From the NCBI GenBank assembly GCA_965228735.1, contig OZ245838.1:608001-672000 (forward strand): 64,000 nucleotides of DNA. Direction: 5' to 3'. The DNA is from Planctomycetota bacterium. Lineage in GTDB: Bacteria > Planctomycetota > UBA1135 > UBA2386. The position numbers and the translations under genes were made by a program. Below, piece after piece: positions 60,335-64,000 of the stretch (position 1 is its first letter; the number at the start of each line of letters is the position of its first letter). The notes below the pieces were generated by a model, which worked only from the letters and a program-made list of their open reading frames with translations, had not been told where the DNA came from and did not search any database.

Positions 60335-61999
60335 GTGATCGCGGCCCTCGACACCGACACCCAGGAGCAGCTCGCCACGGTGCTCTACGTCGGGACGGCC
60401 ATGGCGCTGGGGTTGTGGGCGGTCGTCGGGGCGTGGCGGTGGCGGGCAGTGCGAGCCGCCGACACGGGCGTGCTCGGCGTCCTGCGGCAGAACGGTGCCG
60501 GGCTCGTGGCCGCGCTCGTCATCACGCTGATCGCGCCGCTCGTGGCCGAGCCGCAGCTGCGGATGCAGTTCGACGAGACGAGCGTGTGCGGGGCCGCGCA
60601 GGGGATGCACCTGGAGCGCCACGCGATGATGGGCACGGCCGCGCTGCCGGCCGCTGGCGGGCTCGACGGGGCGACGGCGGTGGACCTCGTCGAGCACCAG
60701 CTCGACAAGCGGCCGCCGCTGCTCGCGTTCCTCGTCGCCGTCGCGCACGACGTCGTCGGCTACTCGGTGAACAATGCGTTCGGCGTCAATCTGACCGTGC
60801 TGTTCCTGCTGCTCGCGACGCTCGCCGTGGCGGTGCGCCGGCGGTTCGGGGTCGCGGCTGCCGTCGCCGTGCCGGTGCTCGTCGGCAGCGTGCCGCTCGT
60901 GGTCGCGGTCGCGACGAGCGCCGGCCTCGAGCTGCTCGCGGTGCTGGTGCTGGCATGGGTGGTGCTCGCGGCGCTCGGTCATGCCGCCAACCCGAGCCCG
61001 GCGCGCGGCGCGTGGCTCGTGGCGAACGTGTTGCTCGTGTCCTTCACGCGCTACGAGTCGATGCTGCTCGGGGGGCTGGTCGTCGTGCTGGCGCTCGTGT
61101 GCCCGTCGGCGGACGGGGCGCGATTCGCGGAGCGCTGGCGTCGGCGTGCCGGGATCGGGTGGCGCGGGATCGCCGTCGTCGCGATCGCGAGCCTGCTCGC
61201 GGTCCCGCTGCTCGTTCTCGCGTGGCACGGCAGTGACGCGGGGTTCTACCCCGAAGCGGAGGGGCGGCCCCTCGTCGCGGTCTCACATCTCTCGGAGCAC
61301 GTCGGACCGTTCATCGCCGCGCTGTTCGACCCGGGCCTCGGTCACGTGTGGCCGGGGCCGGTCGCGCTGGTCGGCGCGATCGCGATCGTCGTCTGGCTCG
61401 CGCGCGAACGGCAGCCAGGCCCGGCGCTGATCGTCGGTCTGCCCGTCATGGCCGGGACGGGCATCGTGCTGCTGTGGTTCTTCGGCGACGTCGCGGAGGC
61501 GACCGGCCGGCGGCTCTACCTGCCGATCGTCGTGCTGGTGTCGGCGGCACCGGCGTTGCTCGTTCCGCGCGACAACGGGCGCACGGTGGCCGGCGCGCTG
61601 CTCGCCGTGTTCGCGGTGACGATGGGGGCGCTCCGCTTTCACGAGGTCGCGACGACGCCGCTGCTGCAGCCGTTCCGCGCCGCGCGCGTCCTCGAACTCA
61701 TCGACGGCGTCGTCGCGGAGATCCCGCATCGAGCGGAACGCACGATGTGGGTCACTACCGTCGCGCAGTACTTCATCGTGAACGGCCGCGCGGCGGTGCC
61801 GCCGAAGACGTTCGACGCCGTCCGCGAGCGGCTCGGTGAGTTCGACGTGTTCGTGCTCGAGACGCCGTTCGACTCGGGCTTCGCACCGCTCGGCTCGCCG
61901 AGTGCGGTGCTGGCCCAACGGAGTCATCAACGCCTCGGCAGCCTGGACGACCCCGACACCGGAGAGCCCGTCGTCACGGTCTACCGAGTGCAGCAGTGA
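60335..61999 (+). CDS. Polytopic membrane protein, GT-C glycosyltransferase-like
   Basis: FDE, DKRPP, TRYE, RRLY motifs; many TM segments. Confidence 0.6.
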   Translation: MIAALDTDTQEQLATVLYVGTAMALGLWAVVGAWRWRAVRAADTGVLGVLRQNGAGLVAALVITLIAPLVAEPQLRMQFDETSVCGAAQGMHLERHAMMGTAALPAAGGLDGATAVDLVEHQLDKRPPLLAFLVAVAHDVVGYSVNNAFGVNLTVLFLLLATLAVAVRRRFGVAAAVAVPVLVGSVPLVVAVATSAGLELLAVLVLAWVVLAALGHAANPSPARGAWLVANVLLVSFTRYESMLLGGLVVVLALVCPSADGARFAERWRRRAGIGWRGIAVVAIASLLAVPLLVLAWHGSDAGFYPEAEGRPLVAVSHLSEHVGPFIAALFDPGLGHVWPGPVALVGAIAIVVWLARERQPGPALIVGLPVMAGTGIVLLWFFGDVAEATGRRLYLPIVVLVSAAPALLVPRDNGRTVAGALLAVFAVTMGALRFHEVATTPLLQPFRAARVLELIDGVVAEIPHRAERTMWVTTVAQYFIVNGRAAVPPKTFDAVRERLGEFDVFVLETPFDSGFAPLGSPSAVLAQRSHQRLGSLDDPDTGEPVVTVYRVQQ

Positions 62000-62002
62000 C
62001 AC

Positions 62003-62121
62003 GATGGCGGTACCGAACCCGCTTCGATTCCGCCACGCGCGGGCGGCCGCAACTGGCCGACACGGCGCCGCTTGCAAGGGCGTGGGAGTGGCGGATTCGA
62101 AGCGGGTTCGGTACCGCCATC
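62003..62121. repeat. 119-bp palindromic MITE/REP-like element
   Basis: 34-bp arms (62003-62036 / 62088-62121) with one mismatch. Confidence 0.8.
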
Positions 62122-62124
62122 TCG

Positions 62125-63894
62125 TTACAGCAGGAACGAGACGCGAACGGTCGAGGTGCCGATGGCCTGCAGCGTCGTGATGTCGGCTTCGAGCGCCTGG
62201 GAGTAGACCTGCAGGAGGCCGAGGCCCGCAGGCACGGGCACCGTGAGGTCGGCGAGGCCGAGCGGATCGAGGACGCCGATGCCGAGCACGATCTGACTCT
62301 GCAGCAGCGGCAGGCCCTGGAACGGCGCGGTCGAGTTGTTGAGGCTCAGCACGACGAACCACAGCTGGCCCGGCTGGCCGCCGATGCCGAACTCGGCGAT
62401 GCCGCCCGACGGCGGGATCGACGGCGACGCGAAGTGGTCGGTCGGCGACGTCGTGACGTAGGTCACGGGGAACGTGTTGCTCGTGCCGAGCGGGTTCGTC
62501 GCGCTGACGGTGACGACACCGAGCGCGGTCGGCGTCGGCATCGCGATCCGCAACGTGTCGTCGTCGACGACGAAGAAGCCGCTCGTGAACGTCTGCCCCG
62601 CGACGGTGAACGACGTCGTCCCCGTGAAGCCCGAACCCGTGAGCGTCACGAGTCCTGGGCGGAACGCGGGCACGCTCGTCGGCGAGGCCGACGTGATCAC
62701 GGGCTGCGTCTGGATCGGCGTCAGGCACGGGCGGTTCTGCGCGTAGTTGCGGATCGTGTTCGCGACGCCGGAGCTGAACTGCGTGACGTTGCCACTGCAC
62801 CCGCCGAGGCCGGCGCACATGATGTTGCACCCGCCGCCGCTGCAGTGGTTCGACGAGAAGTTGTGACCGAGCTCGTGTGCGGTCAGCGCAACGCGCGCGT
62901 TGAAGTTGCTCGTGAAGCGCGACTGCGACAGGCCGTAGCCAGTGCCGTTGCTGCAGATCCCGGACAGGTAGGCGACGCCGATCGTCGAGCCGCTGAGGTT
63001 GCGACCGGTGAAGAGGTGCGCGACGTCGCGCGCGACGCCGCCGTGCACGGTCTGCCACCGCGAACGGAACTGGCTCAGCAACGTGCCCGAGCTGTTCGTC
63101 GTGTAGACGTTCGTCGTCGTGACGATGATCGTCGCGATGTCGAACTGCACGTCACAGTCGCGGTCGTAGATGAACTCGACCTGGTTCATGATCGACGTGA
63201 TGTCGTTCTGCGTGCCCGTCGTGCTGCTGCCGTTCTGCTGATAGAACTGGACGTCGGCCTCGATCGCGATGTCGCACTCGACCGTGACATCGACGCCGGC
63301 GGTCGGCGCGGTGCTGAACGGTGCGGTCGCGGTCACGCCACACTGGTGCGGCAGCGGCGAGGTGTCACGCGATCGGTAGACCACGTGCGCGGACCTGCCG
63401 GCCTGCGGCACCACCTGGCGCACGGGCTGGACGATCCACGCCTCCTGGATCGTGCCGACGCGGTCGGGCGCGCGGTAGATCGTGGCTTCGACGCTGCCGT
63501 CGATGATCGTCGCGACGACGCCGCTGCCCGGCTCGTTCGCGAGCTGGCCGCGGTAGGTGACGCTCGGCGGCGTCGGGATCTGATGCAGCCCGCTGTCGTC
63601 GCGCACGAGCAGCCGGAACCCAGGCGCGCGGACATCGTGCGGGAACAGCTCGACCTCGTGCACGGCGTTCCCGAGCCGGACGGAGAACGTCTGCCGGCCC
63701 GACGGCTCGGTGACGAGATCGAGCGCCTGCACCGTGCCGGCGTCGATATCGAACGCCTGGCACAGGGTGGGCGGTGCCGGGCGGGCCGTGGGGCCGTTGG
63801 TGGCCTGCGCGAGGGCCGAAGCCGCGGACGCGGCCGCGACGAGACAGAGCAGCGCGGCGCGCAGGGCGCGTGTCGCGGTCGAGTGGGTGTGCAT
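62125..63894 (-). CDS. Secreted M12B/reprolysin-like metalloprotease with IPT/TIG domain
   Basis: HELGHNFSSNH, Met-turn NIM, LTGSGF. Confidence 0.9.
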   Translation of the reverse strand: MHTHSTATRALRAALLCLVAAASAASALAQATNGPTARPAPPTLCQAFDIDAGTVQALDLVTEPSGRQTFSVRLGNAVHEVELFPHDVRAPGFRLLVRDDSGLHQIPTPPSVTYRGQLANEPGSGVVATIIDGSVEATIYRAPDRVGTIQEAWIVQPVRQVVPQAGRSAHVVYRSRDTSPLPHQCGVTATAPFSTAPTAGVDVTVECDIAIEADVQFYQQNGSSTTGTQNDITSIMNQVEFIYDRDCDVQFDIATIIVTTTNVYTTNSSGTLLSQFRSRWQTVHGGVARDVAHLFTGRNLSGSTIGVAYLSGICSNGTGYGLSQSRFTSNFNARVALTAHELGHNFSSNHCSGGGCNIMCAGLGGCSGNVTQFSSGVANTIRNYAQNRPCLTPIQTQPVITSASPTSVPAFRPGLVTLTGSGFTGTTSFTVAGQTFTSGFFVVDDDTLRIAMPTPTALGVVTVSATNPLGTSNTFPVTYVTTSPTDHFASPSIPPSGGIAEFGIGGQPGQLWFVVLSLNNSTAPFQGLPLLQSQIVLGIGVLDPLGLADLTVPVPAGLGLLQVYSQALEADITTLQAIGTSTVRVSFLL

Positions 63895-64000
63895 GGATCG
63901 GGGACGATACCGCCGGGCGCCGGCGAGCGAGGAAAACCGCCCGGCCCGCGGCAGGTCAGTTGACGCTCCGTCGAAACCGGCGGCGCGGATTGACCCGGGT

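Overview
High-GC bacterial DNA, probably Planctomycetota (inferred from an ECF sigma fused to large extracellular domains, Kelch/M12 secreted proteins and an ATP-cone REase). Left half (1-~35,630): the end of an integrated plasmid-like mobile element at a tRNA-Gly(CCC) gene; its other end lies outside the window. It carries a tyrosine integrase whose ORF runs antisense into the tRNA, an excisionase, a MOBF relaxase and a coupling protein but no visible T4SS, RHH proteins, a Rep-like protein with internal iteron-like repeats, ParA plus partner, a leading-region-like block (MTase, small proteins, 21-bp repeats) and RadC. Cargo: Hachiman HamAB, an RloC-like gene split by IS256, a radical SAM/ClpX-like pair and DUF5131. 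The most striking feature is at 1-~1,425: at least 1.4 kb without a credible ORF that folds on the + strand into dozens of nested helices with GNRA/UUCG loops and long-range stems. This is a candidate giant ornate ncRNA, directly followed by an Arg-rich 222-aa protein and a Zn-ribbon/TM microprotein. Right half (35.7-64 kb): host chromosome with peptidases, COG0523/DUF1826, carbonic anhydrase, sulfatase, amidase and ECF sigma, plus a second IS256, two tandem repeats, a MITE-like palindrome and a back-to-back junction of two headless genes. All calls are by eye; no searches were run.
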